A stretch of DNA of 62,724 bases from Euryarchaeota archaeon UBA438. Lineage in GTDB: Archaea > Thermoplasmatota > Poseidoniia > Poseidoniales > Thalassarchaeaceae. The notes below the pieces were generated by a model that was not told the DNA's origin, did not search any database, and was given only the letters and a program-made list of their open reading frames with translations. The position numbers were made by a program, and so were the translations under genes. Location of the stretch: positions 1 through 62,724 of the forward strand of contig DAQP01000049.1 in the NCBI GenBank assembly GCA_002504435.1, given 5' to 3'. Of this stretch, positions 9,889-18,848 are shown one piece after another. Positions within the stretch are counted from its first letter, which is position 1. Each line of letters starts with the position of its first letter.

Positions 9889-12800
9889 ATGGCTATATGT
9901 CGTACTTACGCGAGAACGGCCATGCGAAACGCGTTGGCGATGGTGCTGATACTCCTATTTTCCTCGATTGCCGGGGTTTCTTCGGCAGATTCTGGGGAGG
10001 AGAATTACGATTTCGTTTCTAATGATTCGATTGTATCCACATACTCGATCGCAGTTCAGATGTCCTTGAAGAGGGCAGAGAATCTAGATTCCTACACCCA
10101 ATCTCAGATTGAATCCGTCATGGAGTGGCTGGTAATCACGAATATGGATATCGATTCACACCAGTCATCTATGGCCAAACCTGACTCATCGGCCAAGGCA
10201 CCAATTCTTCATGGGGCGTATATTTGGGAATTCGTAGAATCTCAAAGGGCTGTGGAAGGCCTGAGAGAATCCCTTGCCTTGGGGGAGATAGAGTCTTTCT
10301 CGCCCCTTGTGATGAAGAAGCAGCAGCCCCGCTTCATACCCGATGATCCGGATTTCCCGGCACAGTGGCACTTGAGAAACACGGGCCAGACGGGTGGTGT
10401 CTCCGGAGAGGATGCAAACGTCACTGGAGCGTGGGACAACTACAATGGCTCGGGAGTAGTAATTAGCGTAGTTGATGATGGCTTGGACAAGGACCACCCT
10501 GACATCGCGCCTCACTATTCCGCTCTTCTTTCGTATGACTGGTGCAATGACGATGATGACCCTTCGCCCTCCCAGTGGGATGGTCATGGCACCGCCGCGG
10601 GTGGCGTTGCAGCAGCGGCTGGGGATAATGACCTGTATGTCACGGGTGCTGCTTTCGGAGCCACAATAGCCGGATCCACGCTAATCGCTTGCTGGGCTGG
10701 CGACCAGACCGAGTCCGAGGCACTCAGTTACGAGAATGACGACATAGACATCTACACCAACTCATGGGGCCCAAGCGATGATGGCCAGACTCTGGAGGGG
10801 CCAGGGCCACTTACTACCGCAGCTTTGGAAGAAGACGCATATGGCGGAAGGGAGGATCTGGGCAACATCATAACTTGGGCTGCGGGAAATGGCCTTGGTT
10901 CCAATGACAATGCAAATTATGACGGATATGCGAACAGCAGATACACAATCGCTGTCACTGCAATCAGTCACGACGGGGACCAATCATACTACGCGGAGCC
11001 GGGGGCGAACATCCTAGTCGCTGCTCATTCCAATGGTGACGGCGAGGGGATAACCACCACTGACATCACAGGGAGCGGTGGATACAACAATTCTGGCAAC
11101 GTTACACACGATTTTGGAGGGACATCTAGCGCCACCCCCCTTGCCGCTGGAGTAATTGCTTTGATGCTGGAGGCCAATGAGAACCTGACATGGAGGGACG
11201 TTCAGCACATCCTGGTTAACAGTGCGCGCAAGAACGACGCGAGTGACACATCATGGGAATTGAATGGGGCTGGTCACGATGTTTCCCACAAGTACGGATT
11301 CGGGGCCGTGGACGCGGGAGCAGCTGTCAATCTAGCCGAGACTTGGTCACTAGTAGGGGAGGAAGTAAACTTGAGTTACAACCCCTCGATCACGACAACC
11401 ACCATTCCCGACTCAAACACCACCTGGACTGAATTTGATCTAGATGTACAAACTGACATACAGATCGAAAGCGTGGACATTGTTGTCAATATTTCACACA
11501 ACTCCAGGGGGGACTTGGACATCGTCTTGGTTTCCCCCTCGGGCAAGGAGTCCTGGCTCGCTGAGAATCGAAATGATAATGGCAACAACTACTACAATTG
11601 GATTTTCAACACTGTTCACCACTGGGATGAGTCCTCACTGGGAGAGTGGACTCTAAAGATCAGGGACACAGACTCAGGGGCCACTGGAACTCTCGACTCC
11701 TGGGGCATGATTGTCCATGGGATGGACGTCGACTTGGACCATGACGACGATGGGCTGGAGGATCTGAATGAGACAGAGGTTTGGGGTACAGACCCATACG
11801 ACGCGGACACGGACGACGATGGACTCAATGATTTCGAGGAGGTAATCACCTATGGGACAGATCCGCTGTCGGTGGACAGCGACCTCGATGGCCTCAACGA
11901 CTACACCGAGGTTATGACCACAGGAACCGATCCTCTGGACAGTGATTCTGACGATGATGGGCTTTCCGACGGGGCCGAGGTCAATTTTTGGTCAAGCGAC
12001 CCGCTGGTTTACGACCCTGATGCCGATAGTGACCTGTTCTACCACTTCAACGACTGTAACGATGCAGACCCCCTCGTAAATCCTGGAAGGCCGGAGTTGC
12101 TCAATGGGATTGACGATGATTGTGATGAGTTTATCGACGAGGGATTCAACTTCACCGATGCTGATGGCGACGGGCTAGTGGATTGGTCGGAATTCCACAT
12201 ACACAGTACAAACCACCTCGATGCAGATACTGATGATGATGGCCTCGGGGACGGGGTGGAAGTAAACACCCACGGATCCGACCCTAACTGGGCAGATCCG
12301 GATGATGACTCTGATGGATGGCACTGGTTCCTAGACTGTGATGACGAGGATGCCTTCAGATCCCCTGGCTTACCTGAGGTTCTCGATGGGATTGACAACG
12401 ACTGCGACGAGGTAATGGACGACGGCTTCGAAGCCATTGATACTGATGGGGACCAGCTTAGCGACTTCGAAGAATACCATAACCTCTCCACGAACCCATA
12501 CAATGGCGACACTGATGGGGATGGACTTCCTGATGGATACGAACTTAAGGACTCGATGTCTGATCCGCTGGTTTTCGACCCAGACAATGACAACGATGGA
12601 GTCTACTGGTTCGACGACTGCGACGATGATGATTCCGAGGTTTCCCCCTTCCTACTGGAGTTGCTGGACGGGAAGGACAACGACTGCGACGTGGCCATCG
12701 ATGAGGACTTCTACAATATCGATTCTGATGGAGACGGGCTACTGGACTATGACGAATTCCACAATTTCACAACCGACCCTTCCGACCCCGATACTGATGA

Positions 12801-13677
12801 GGATGGGCTGAGTGATGGGGATGAGGTCCTAGTTACCTTATCGGACCCATTGAAATTCAACTTCGACTACGATGAGGACGGTTTCAGGGACTTCGAGGAC
12901 TGTGAGGACTTGGTCGACACGATTAATCCGGATGGGACTGAGACATGGAACGGCTGGGATGACGACTGCAGCGGCGTAATTGATGACGGTTTGGACCGGA
13001 AGAGTCTGGTGACGACATCTCCTGAGATTTCTGAAGTTTACAGATGGGAGTCGGTAAACGATACTCTAGTTCTCTCGATTGGCGCAGTGCCTAGCCAAAT
13101 AGAGACGACCATGTCATGGAAGTTCGGTGACTACACGATGAATACGGCAGTTGGGGCTGAACTTTGGAATGTCAGCGAGGATGGCAGGAGCGTTACGATT
13201 CTTCCAATTGACTGCGAGTCTGCCGAAACCTCGTTTGAAATCTACCTCTGCGATCTAGGAGAAGGTCCACAACAAGTGACTGCCTTGATGTCAGATAGTG
13301 AGGCAATCACGGAGTTCACATGGAACTTGGACATGGTGATATGGGAGCCTCCAAAGAGTCTGGGGGAGAGGCTGATGGGATTCGTTCTGAGTCCTGTTGG
13401 AGCAATCGTATCGCTTATTTCGGTTATTTCTCTGATTGGCGGGGCTCTGCTAATCGGATCTAGGATCTCTTACAGGAGGCAGCTGAAAGAAGCATATGAG
13501 TTCTACAACATCAGCCAGGACAGAGGGAGCTTGGGGGTTGAGCATCAAGGCTACGCACTACCAAGCGCTCCTGATGTTTCCAGCTTGATTTCCGGAAATA
13601 ACGGGGGTCAGCCCTCTTATTCACCCACCGATGTTGACGAAGAAACGGGTTTGCCTCGTGCCCCAGATTTTGACTAG
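9889..13677 (+). CDS. secreted, C-terminally membrane-anchored kexin/furin-like serine protease (S8B catalytic domain + P domain) with a Ca-binding/Cys-motif repeat stalk
   Basis: A signal peptide (AMVLILLFSSIAGVSSA) is followed by AQWHLRNTGQTGG...NVTGAW. The catalytic triad motifs are VVDDGLD (Asp), DGHGTAAGG (His) and GGTSSATPLAAG (Ser). A P-domain-like segment follows (SRGDLDIVLVSPSGKESWL...GEWTLKIRD...GTLDSWGMIVHG), then the repeat array. A TM helix (VGAIVSLISVISLIGGALLIGS) and a ~70-aa tail end the protein. Confidence 0.85.
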   Translation: MAICRTYARTAMRNALAMVLILLFSSIAGVSSADSGEENYDFVSNDSIVSTYSIAVQMSLKRAENLDSYTQSQIESVMEWLVITNMDIDSHQSSMAKPDSSAKAPILHGAYIWEFVESQRAVEGLRESLALGEIESFSPLVMKKQQPRFIPDDPDFPAQWHLRNTGQTGGVSGEDANVTGAWDNYNGSGVVISVVDDGLDKDHPDIAPHYSALLSYDWCNDDDDPSPSQWDGHGTAAGGVAAAAGDNDLYVTGAAFGATIAGSTLIACWAGDQTESEALSYENDDIDIYTNSWGPSDDGQTLEGPGPLTTAALEEDAYGGREDLGNIITWAAGNGLGSNDNANYDGYANSRYTIAVTAISHDGDQSYYAEPGANILVAAHSNGDGEGITTTDITGSGGYNNSGNVTHDFGGTSSATPLAAGVIALMLEANENLTWRDVQHILVNSARKNDASDTSWELNGAGHDVSHKYGFGAVDAGAAVNLAETWSLVGEEVNLSYNPSITTTTIPDSNTTWTEFDLDVQTDIQIESVDIVVNISHNSRGDLDIVLVSPSGKESWLAENRNDNGNNYYNWIFNTVHHWDESSLGEWTLKIRDTDSGATGTLDSWGMIVHGMDVDLDHDDDGLEDLNETEVWGTDPYDADTDDDGLNDFEEVITYGTDPLSVDSDLDGLNDYTEVMTTGTDPLDSDSDDDGLSDGAEVNFWSSDPLVYDPDADSDLFYHFNDCNDADPLVNPGRPELLNGIDDDCDEFIDEGFNFTDADGDGLVDWSEFHIHSTNHLDADTDDDGLGDGVEVNTHGSDPNWADPDDDSDGWHWFLDCDDEDAFRSPGLPEVLDGIDNDCDEVMDDGFEAIDTDGDQLSDFEEYHNLSTNPYNGDTDGDGLPDGYELKDSMSDPLVFDPDNDNDGVYWFDDCDDDDSEVSPFLLELLDGKDNDCDVAIDEDFYNIDSDGDGLLDYDEFHNFTTDPSDPDTDEDGLSDGDEVLVTLSDPLKFNFDYDEDGFRDFEDCEDLVDTINPDGTETWNGWDDDCSGVIDDGLDRKSLVTTSPEISEVYRWESVNDTLVLSIGAVPSQIETTMSWKFGDYTMNTAVGAELWNVSEDGRSVTILPIDCESAETSFEIYLCDLGEGPQQVTALMSDSEAITEFTWNLDMVIWEPPKSLGERLMGFVLSPVGAIVSLISVISLIGGALLIGSRISYRRQLKEAYEFYNISQDRGSLGVEHQGYALPSAPDVSSLISGNNGGQPSYSPTDVDEETGLPRAPDFD
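11725..12996 (+). repeat. in-frame tandem protein repeats: thrombospondin-type-3/EF-like DxDxDGxxDxxE loops plus four Cys-pair motifs with an exact 94-aa (282-nt) period
   Basis: The first Cys of each motif falls at residues 723, 817, 911 and 1005, and the second at 745, 839, 933 and 1027, of the 9889 ORF. The motif shape is DC(N/D)D..D....P...E.L(N/D)G.D(N/D)DCD..(I/M)D(E/D). Confidence 0.85.
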
Positions 13678-15048
13678 TCAGGGGTCGGCCTCGGCCGCTT
13701 CCTCTTCCACAGCTGCAGAGTCATTCAGCCCCCACTCAGCGTCGACTGATCCGCCTGACCACTCTCCCTCGACTGTGATGTCCTCTACGTCATCATCCTC
13801 TCTCCAAGGAGGGTCGCCATCCGATCCACTGATCACAAGGCAATCGTCCTCGTCAAGTCGCTTCCTGATTGTTTTAACACCCTTCGAAACAGGCAATATA
13901 TGCCCAACAGGAGTTCCTGCAGTAACGAATGGATGCGTGGCTGAACAAATGATTAGCCCCTTCTTAGGTGAAGTTACTTCGTGAGTCTCGGAGGGCCTTT
14001 CTGGATCGGTCACGGTTGCAACGACCTCTCCCTCATCTACGAAGCTACCAGCCGGAGCAAGAACATCCAGGAGGCCACCTTGGTCAGATCTTAACCAGAC
14101 TGATCCAGAGGCCAGAATCCGGAATCTTGGTCTGCTGGGATGGCCCGGAATCATCCTCAACCCACGTAGGACATTCAGAATCCCGTAGATGGAGATCTGC
14201 ACTGACTCAGGGTCCGACTCGTTGGGACCCCCTCCTTCGAATGTGATGCAAGCAATGTCTGACTCGTTTGTCAGCCTTCGAAGTGAGCCCTTCGGGCCGA
14301 CGTTGTCCAGAATTGCTTCTATTCCGAATGACCTTGCAATTTTGTTGCTAGACGCGTGAGCGAGATTAGCCCTAATCTGAGGCATATTGGTCCTACCGAA
14401 GGCAGCGGTGTGCAGATCAATTACGTAATCGCTCCCTACTACGACTTCTTTCCAGATCCTGTGGGCGACACGGAATGTCGTATTGCTCCCTGGCTTTCCG
14501 GGGAATGCCCTGTTCAGGTCCCTTCCATCTGGCATATATCGGCTCTGTCTGCGATATCCCGGCATATTCACGACGGGGACAATTCTCAGGGTTCCGGACA
14601 TTGCTTCTGGATCTATTGGCTTGCCGGGACCGACGAAGTTGGGGCCTGTAAGGTAAGTCAGTGCAAGGGGGCCGACTAGTTCGTTTCCATGGACTGCTCC
14701 AAGAAGAGTCACGACCGGCCCCGGCCTAGAACCGTGAATGACGGTGACCGGGGTCGGCCATGATTCTCCAATATCTACCGAGAGGAGGTCGAAGTCCATT
14801 CTCCTGATTGAACCGGGAGAGATTCTCTTCCTCATGAAATTGTGATTCTTTGGACCGCTCTGGCGGGACCACTTCTTGGGCGTACCTGTGCTGTCCTCCA
14901 GGGCCTTCTCAATCTCCATCCTCCTCCTCTTAGGTATCTGGTTGGCGACCTTCAGTGGAGTGAACCTCCTCCTCTTCAATCGAGGGGTGAGAGACTCCGG
15001 CCTAGGCTCAGGAACCTCTTCTGATGAGTCATTATGTGGTTCGGACAA
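13678..15048 (-). CDS. succinylglutamate desuccinylase/aspartoacylase (AstE/AspA) family zinc deacylase, M14-like
   Basis: It has GPVVTLLGAVHGNELVG (zinc His/Glu), DGRDLNRAFPG and VIDLHTA, followed by a beta-rich C-terminal domain and an acidic tail. The start is uncertain: 15048 is TTG, and in-frame ATGs lie at 14919, 14835 and 14799. The basic first ~70 residues may not be translated. Confidence 0.72.
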   Translation of the reverse strand: MSEPHNDSSEEVPEPRPESLTPRLKRRRFTPLKVANQIPKRRRMEIEKALEDSTGTPKKWSRQSGPKNHNFMRKRISPGSIRRMDFDLLSVDIGESWPTPVTVIHGSRPGPVVTLLGAVHGNELVGPLALTYLTGPNFVGPGKPIDPEAMSGTLRIVPVVNMPGYRRQSRYMPDGRDLNRAFPGKPGSNTTFRVAHRIWKEVVVGSDYVIDLHTAAFGRTNMPQIRANLAHASSNKIARSFGIEAILDNVGPKGSLRRLTNESDIACITFEGGGPNESDPESVQISIYGILNVLRGLRMIPGHPSRPRFRILASGSVWLRSDQGGLLDVLAPAGSFVDEGEVVATVTDPERPSETHEVTSPKKGLIICSATHPFVTAGTPVGHILPVSKGVKTIRKRLDEDDCLVISGSDGDPPWREDDDVEDITVEGEWSGGSVDAEWGLNDSAAVEEEAAEADP

Positions 15049-15098
15049 CGACCTCCCCAGTCGGTTCGACGTAAATAGGGTACCTCACGTGAATAATG

Positions 15099-15114
15099 GG
15101 AATTCTTGAATTCC
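15099..15114. promoter_or_regulatory. perfect palindrome GGAATTC-TT-GAATTCC in a divergent intergenic region (candidate operator)
   Basis: The 7-nt arms are perfect. It lies 20 nt upstream of the thioesterase ATG (15134), just downstream of an AATAAT TATA-like box. Confidence 0.3.
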
Positions 15115-15133
15115 TCCGGCCCCTCGGAGCCTT

Positions 15134-15610
15134 ATGGGAAGTTGGGAGGGGGCATCAGTCCAAGAGAAATTTGCGCCAAGCAGCATCTGCTTCGGCTGCG
15201 GTCCGTCCAATGAGGATGGCTTGCAAATCAGGTCTTTCAGGACGGAAAACGGATTGGAAATGGAGTTCGAGACATCAGATGAGCATCAGGCGTTCCCAGG
15301 GATGGTTAATGGGGGAATTATTGGCACTCTATTGGACTGCCACGGAAACTGGGCGGCCGCAGTGGCCCTGATGGAGAGAAGTGGGTCTGAGGCCCCTCCC
15401 TGCACGGTTACTGCTAGCTATAGCATCAAACTCAGAAGACCAACACCCCATGGGGAGAAGCTTCTGGTAAAGGCCGAGATAACCGAGATTAGCGATGACC
15501 GTGCAAGGGTGGGCATGACCCTCTCAGCAGGAGGGAAAATTTGCGCCACAGGAGAGGGGCTATTTGTTGCGGTAAAGGAAGGCCATCCAGCCTACCACCG
15601 GTGGCACTAG
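15134..15610 (+). CDS. hotdog-fold acyl-CoA thioesterase (PaaI/YbgC-like)
   Basis: 158 aa. CFGCGPSNEDGLQI is followed by FPGMVNGGIIGTLLDCHGNWA, which is typical of PaaI-type hotdog thioesterases. Confidence 0.7.
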   Translation: MGSWEGASVQEKFAPSSICFGCGPSNEDGLQIRSFRTENGLEMEFETSDEHQAFPGMVNGGIIGTLLDCHGNWAAAVALMERSGSEAPPCTVTASYSIKLRRPTPHGEKLLVKAEITEISDDRARVGMTLSAGGKICATGEGLFVAVKEGHPAYHRWH

Positions 15611-15658
15611 GCCATGTATGCACGGCATCCTTTAGAACGGCCGAACTAGAGAGAGTAC

Positions 15659-18202
15659 GTGGACCGGACACCGCGAGGGCTAGAGGGGCTTGGACTCGAT
15701 TCGAGATTGGTCGACTTCTTGAGAGAGAAATGGGGCATAGAGGAGCTTTTTCCGCCTCAAACTGATGCCCTCCCTACTGCCCTTGAAGGAAATAATCTCA
15801 TGTTGACAATTCCTACAGCCAGTGGGAAGTCCTTGGTCGCTTATCTTACTATGTTGCATAGGCTCAGCGGCGATTTGTTGGGGAGCAGAGGGCTATACAT
15901 CGTTCCACTGAAGGCATTAGCATCTGAGAAAGTTGGTGAATTACAGGAAATCGCTGCCTCGATCGGCCTGAGTGTTGGGATAGCGATAGGAGACCGGAGT
16001 AGTGAGAACGTAGGAGTCAATGATGCTGACATCATAGTTTGCACTAGTGAGAAATTAGATTCAATGCTTAGGGCCAATGAGGACCTTCTAAGCAAAATTG
16101 GGGTTGTCGTTTCGGATGAGTTTCACCTGTTGAACGACCATAGCAGGGGGCCAACTTTGGAAGTACTGATTTCTAGGATTAGACATGAGAAACCCGACGC
16201 GCAGATTATCGCACTTTCCGCTACTGTTGGGAATGCTGAGTCTCTTGCGGAGTGGTTGGATGCAGATCTAGTAAAATCTGAATGGAGGCCTGTTTCGCTT
16301 CACTGTGGAGTGATGAGTAATTTGGAAGTTAGAGTACATCGGATAGAGGGGGATGAACCATCGGAATGGCCCTCTGAAAGGAAATTGATTGGAAATAAGA
16401 CCAAGTCCCTACAGGCAGTTCTGGATGATACCGTGTCTTCTGGCGGACAACTTCTGGTTTTTGTGTCATCGAGGGCGTCAGCACAAAAGGAGGCGCGGGA
16501 CCTTTCGGAGCACGTACTCAAAACGATGAGTTCCGGAGACGGGACATACTACTCTCAAACAGATGAAAAATGGAGTGGGTTTTCATCGAAAATAAACAGG
16601 GGCGAGGAGTCTTCATCTGTTGGGAAGTCACTCTCAAACTCGATCAAGGGGGGTGTCGCGTTCCACCATGCGGGCCTAACTTCGAGGCAAAGGGGAGTAA
16701 TTGAGGGCGCATTCAAAGATGGCAGTCTGAATTGCATCGTCGCCACTCCAACTCTGGCCCAAGGAGTGAATCTACCTGCTAGGAGGGTTGTAATTCGTGA
16801 TTATCGGAGATGGAATACTGCTGCAAGTGCCTCGATGCCCCTCCCAATAATGGAGATTAGGCAAATGATGGGGAGGGCAGGTAGGCCAAAATATGACGAA
16901 CATGGAGACTCTTGGATTATTGCAAAGGATGTTCAAGAAGAGGAGCGTTTGGTTGATCTTTACCTGAAGGGAGGGCCTGAGGATGTTGTTTCCAAGCTAG
17001 CTAGCCCAATGGCATTGAGGGCGATTGAGGATCCTGCCCTCCTTACGCACTGCCTCTCAATTATTGCAACAGGCGGGATTTCTGATAGGTACTCACTGGG
17101 CAGATTTTTCGAAAAGACATTTCTGGCTACTCAGATGAATTCCGAGACCTTGGCTGGTAGATTGGATGACGTAATCGACTGGCTTGCGAGTAATGGGATG
17201 GTCAACAGGGATGGGGAGTCGGAAAAGGTGGCAACTAGAATGATGGAAGAGCAACCCGATTCATCTTCCGATGAAGATTGGGAAGACGATGCTCCATCAT
17301 GGGCCAATTCCGCTGCAGATACGCTTGGAATAGAGCTGTCTAGTCATGTTGAGAGGGCGAAGGAAGTCCTGCCCAAGAGAAGAGGGCCGCCAATTTTCGG
17401 ATTTAGAAAGGCTAGCATCATTGATCCTGAAGAGAGTGTTTCTGCCGAATCTCCTTCGATGACCTATTCTGCGACCCCCCTGGGGAAGAGAGTTGCAAGA
17501 CTGTACTTGAATCCCCTTTCTGGGAGGATTCTAAGGGATGGGGCATCTCGTGCAATGTCGATTCTTTCTGGTAGGGACGAATCTGGACAGGTTTCTCCCA
17601 TGGGACTTCTTCACCTTGTTTCGTGTACTCCTGATTTTATGCCCCTATGGATCAGGAAAAATGACTTCGATAAGGTTCAGGCGGCCTTGCATGGACATGA
17701 AAGAGAGTTCCTAGCAGAGTCTATCGATCTGGAAGACGATAGAAGAATGAAGGCGGCATTGGTGATTCAATCATGGATGGAGGAGGATAGCTTCGAAACC
17801 ATAGAGACGGATTGGGGAGTGCAACCTGGAGACCTCAGAAGTCGTGTAGAGCTAGCTGAGTGGCTACTATATTCAACTAGACAGATAGTAGCTGATGACG
17901 ATGAGTTGTCATTGATGGGAAGGGATGCCCATAGAACATTAGTGGATGCGATTGATGAGGTTCACCGCAGAGTAAGATATGGATGCAAATCCGATCTTCT
18001 TGGACTTGTTGCTCTAAGGGGTGTCGGGAGGGTCAGGGCCAGGGAGATGGCAAGATTACTCGGAGTCTCTGAGGCTTCTGACATAGCGGAGCTGACGGAA
18101 AAGGATAGGTCTATGCTATCTGATCTGAGGGGATGGAGTCCCAAACTTGTAGAAAATCTAGTCAAAACTGCTAGTCGAGCCGTGAGAAGTCGTTCACGGT
18201 AA
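15659..18202 (+). CDS. hel308: Hel308/Ski2-like ATP-dependent DNA helicase
   Basis: It has the Q-motif-like LFPPQTDAL, Walker A PTASGKSLVA, the DEFH box, SAT, and QMMGRAGRP (motif VI). Winged-helix/ratchet domains follow (TPLGKRVARLYLNP) and the C-terminus is HhH-like (LRGVGRVRAREMARLLG). It uses a GTG start. Confidence 0.9.
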   Translation: MDRTPRGLEGLGLDSRLVDFLREKWGIEELFPPQTDALPTALEGNNLMLTIPTASGKSLVAYLTMLHRLSGDLLGSRGLYIVPLKALASEKVGELQEIAASIGLSVGIAIGDRSSENVGVNDADIIVCTSEKLDSMLRANEDLLSKIGVVVSDEFHLLNDHSRGPTLEVLISRIRHEKPDAQIIALSATVGNAESLAEWLDADLVKSEWRPVSLHCGVMSNLEVRVHRIEGDEPSEWPSERKLIGNKTKSLQAVLDDTVSSGGQLLVFVSSRASAQKEARDLSEHVLKTMSSGDGTYYSQTDEKWSGFSSKINRGEESSSVGKSLSNSIKGGVAFHHAGLTSRQRGVIEGAFKDGSLNCIVATPTLAQGVNLPARRVVIRDYRRWNTAASASMPLPIMEIRQMMGRAGRPKYDEHGDSWIIAKDVQEEERLVDLYLKGGPEDVVSKLASPMALRAIEDPALLTHCLSIIATGGISDRYSLGRFFEKTFLATQMNSETLAGRLDDVIDWLASNGMVNRDGESEKVATRMMEEQPDSSSDEDWEDDAPSWANSAADTLGIELSSHVERAKEVLPKRRGPPIFGFRKASIIDPEESVSAESPSMTYSATPLGKRVARLYLNPLSGRILRDGASRAMSILSGRDESGQVSPMGLLHLVSCTPDFMPLWIRKNDFDKVQAALHGHEREFLAESIDLEDDRRMKAALVIQSWMEEDSFETIETDWGVQPGDLRSRVELAEWLLYSTRQIVADDDELSLMGRDAHRTLVDAIDEVHRRVRYGCKSDLLGLVALRGVGRVRAREMARLLGVSEASDIAELTEKDRSMLSDLRGWSPKLVENLVKTASRAVRSRSR

Positions 18203-18798
18203 TGTCTTCAACACATAGATTCACAGGAATATGGAGAGGAAGGATGCTGCCGTGGTTCCCCGCTTGGCGTGTTGAGTTCAGAATCCCTATTTCTGACCCT
18301 GGCAGAGTTGTTTCTACCGTCAACGAGTGGAGGCCCGACAAAAGATGGCTGATTCTATCGGATGAAGTAGCCTGTAGCGAGGCACATCTCTGGACGGTGT
18401 GGTACTCCACCAGAAAGAGGGAGGTCGAGGGTACGATGGTTGCCAGGGACGTTACAGCCGAGTTTCTGAGGATTTTATCGGGAACCCGCCAGATTGGCTT
18501 GGCAATAGAAAGAGCGGGTTTGAGGAGTGGAGACACTAAAGCATGGGTTATTCACCTCCCAGATATTGAGATTGGAGGGGGCTTGGAGGAGCTTTCGATA
18601 CCGAGAAGCACATACAATGACTCTGACGAAGAAGCTACTCGAATTCAAGAGCACCTAGGTGCGAAATTGATCGCTTCTAGGCCGATACCTAAGAATTCTG
18701 GACTCACGAGGATTGGGGCGATATCGGAGGGGGAAGATGTGAGCAGTGGGGACATTGAATCGCGCTTCATCCTGCATGCTACCATGGCTGACTACTAA
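18202..18798 (+). CDS. cgi121: KEOPS complex subunit Cgi121-like protein
   Basis: The central segment AEFLRILSGTRQIGLAIERAGLRSGDT matches the conserved Cgi121 block as I recall it from the M. jannaschii protein (E.L...SG.RQI..AI...G...G). Its ATG shares one base with the hel308 TAA (TAATG). Confidence 0.55.
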   Translation: MSSTHRFTGIWRGRMLPWFPAWRVEFRIPISDPGRVVSTVNEWRPDKRWLILSDEVACSEAHLWTVWYSTRKREVEGTMVARDVTAEFLRILSGTRQIGLAIERAGLRSGDTKAWVIHLPDIEIGGGLEELSIPRSTYNDSDEEATRIQEHLGAKLIASRPIPKNSGLTRIGAISEGEDVSSGDIESRFILHATMADY

Positions 18799-18848
18799 CA
18801 GCACTCAGCGGGGTCAACATCAAATCCAAGTTTCTTTCAGGCTGCCTC

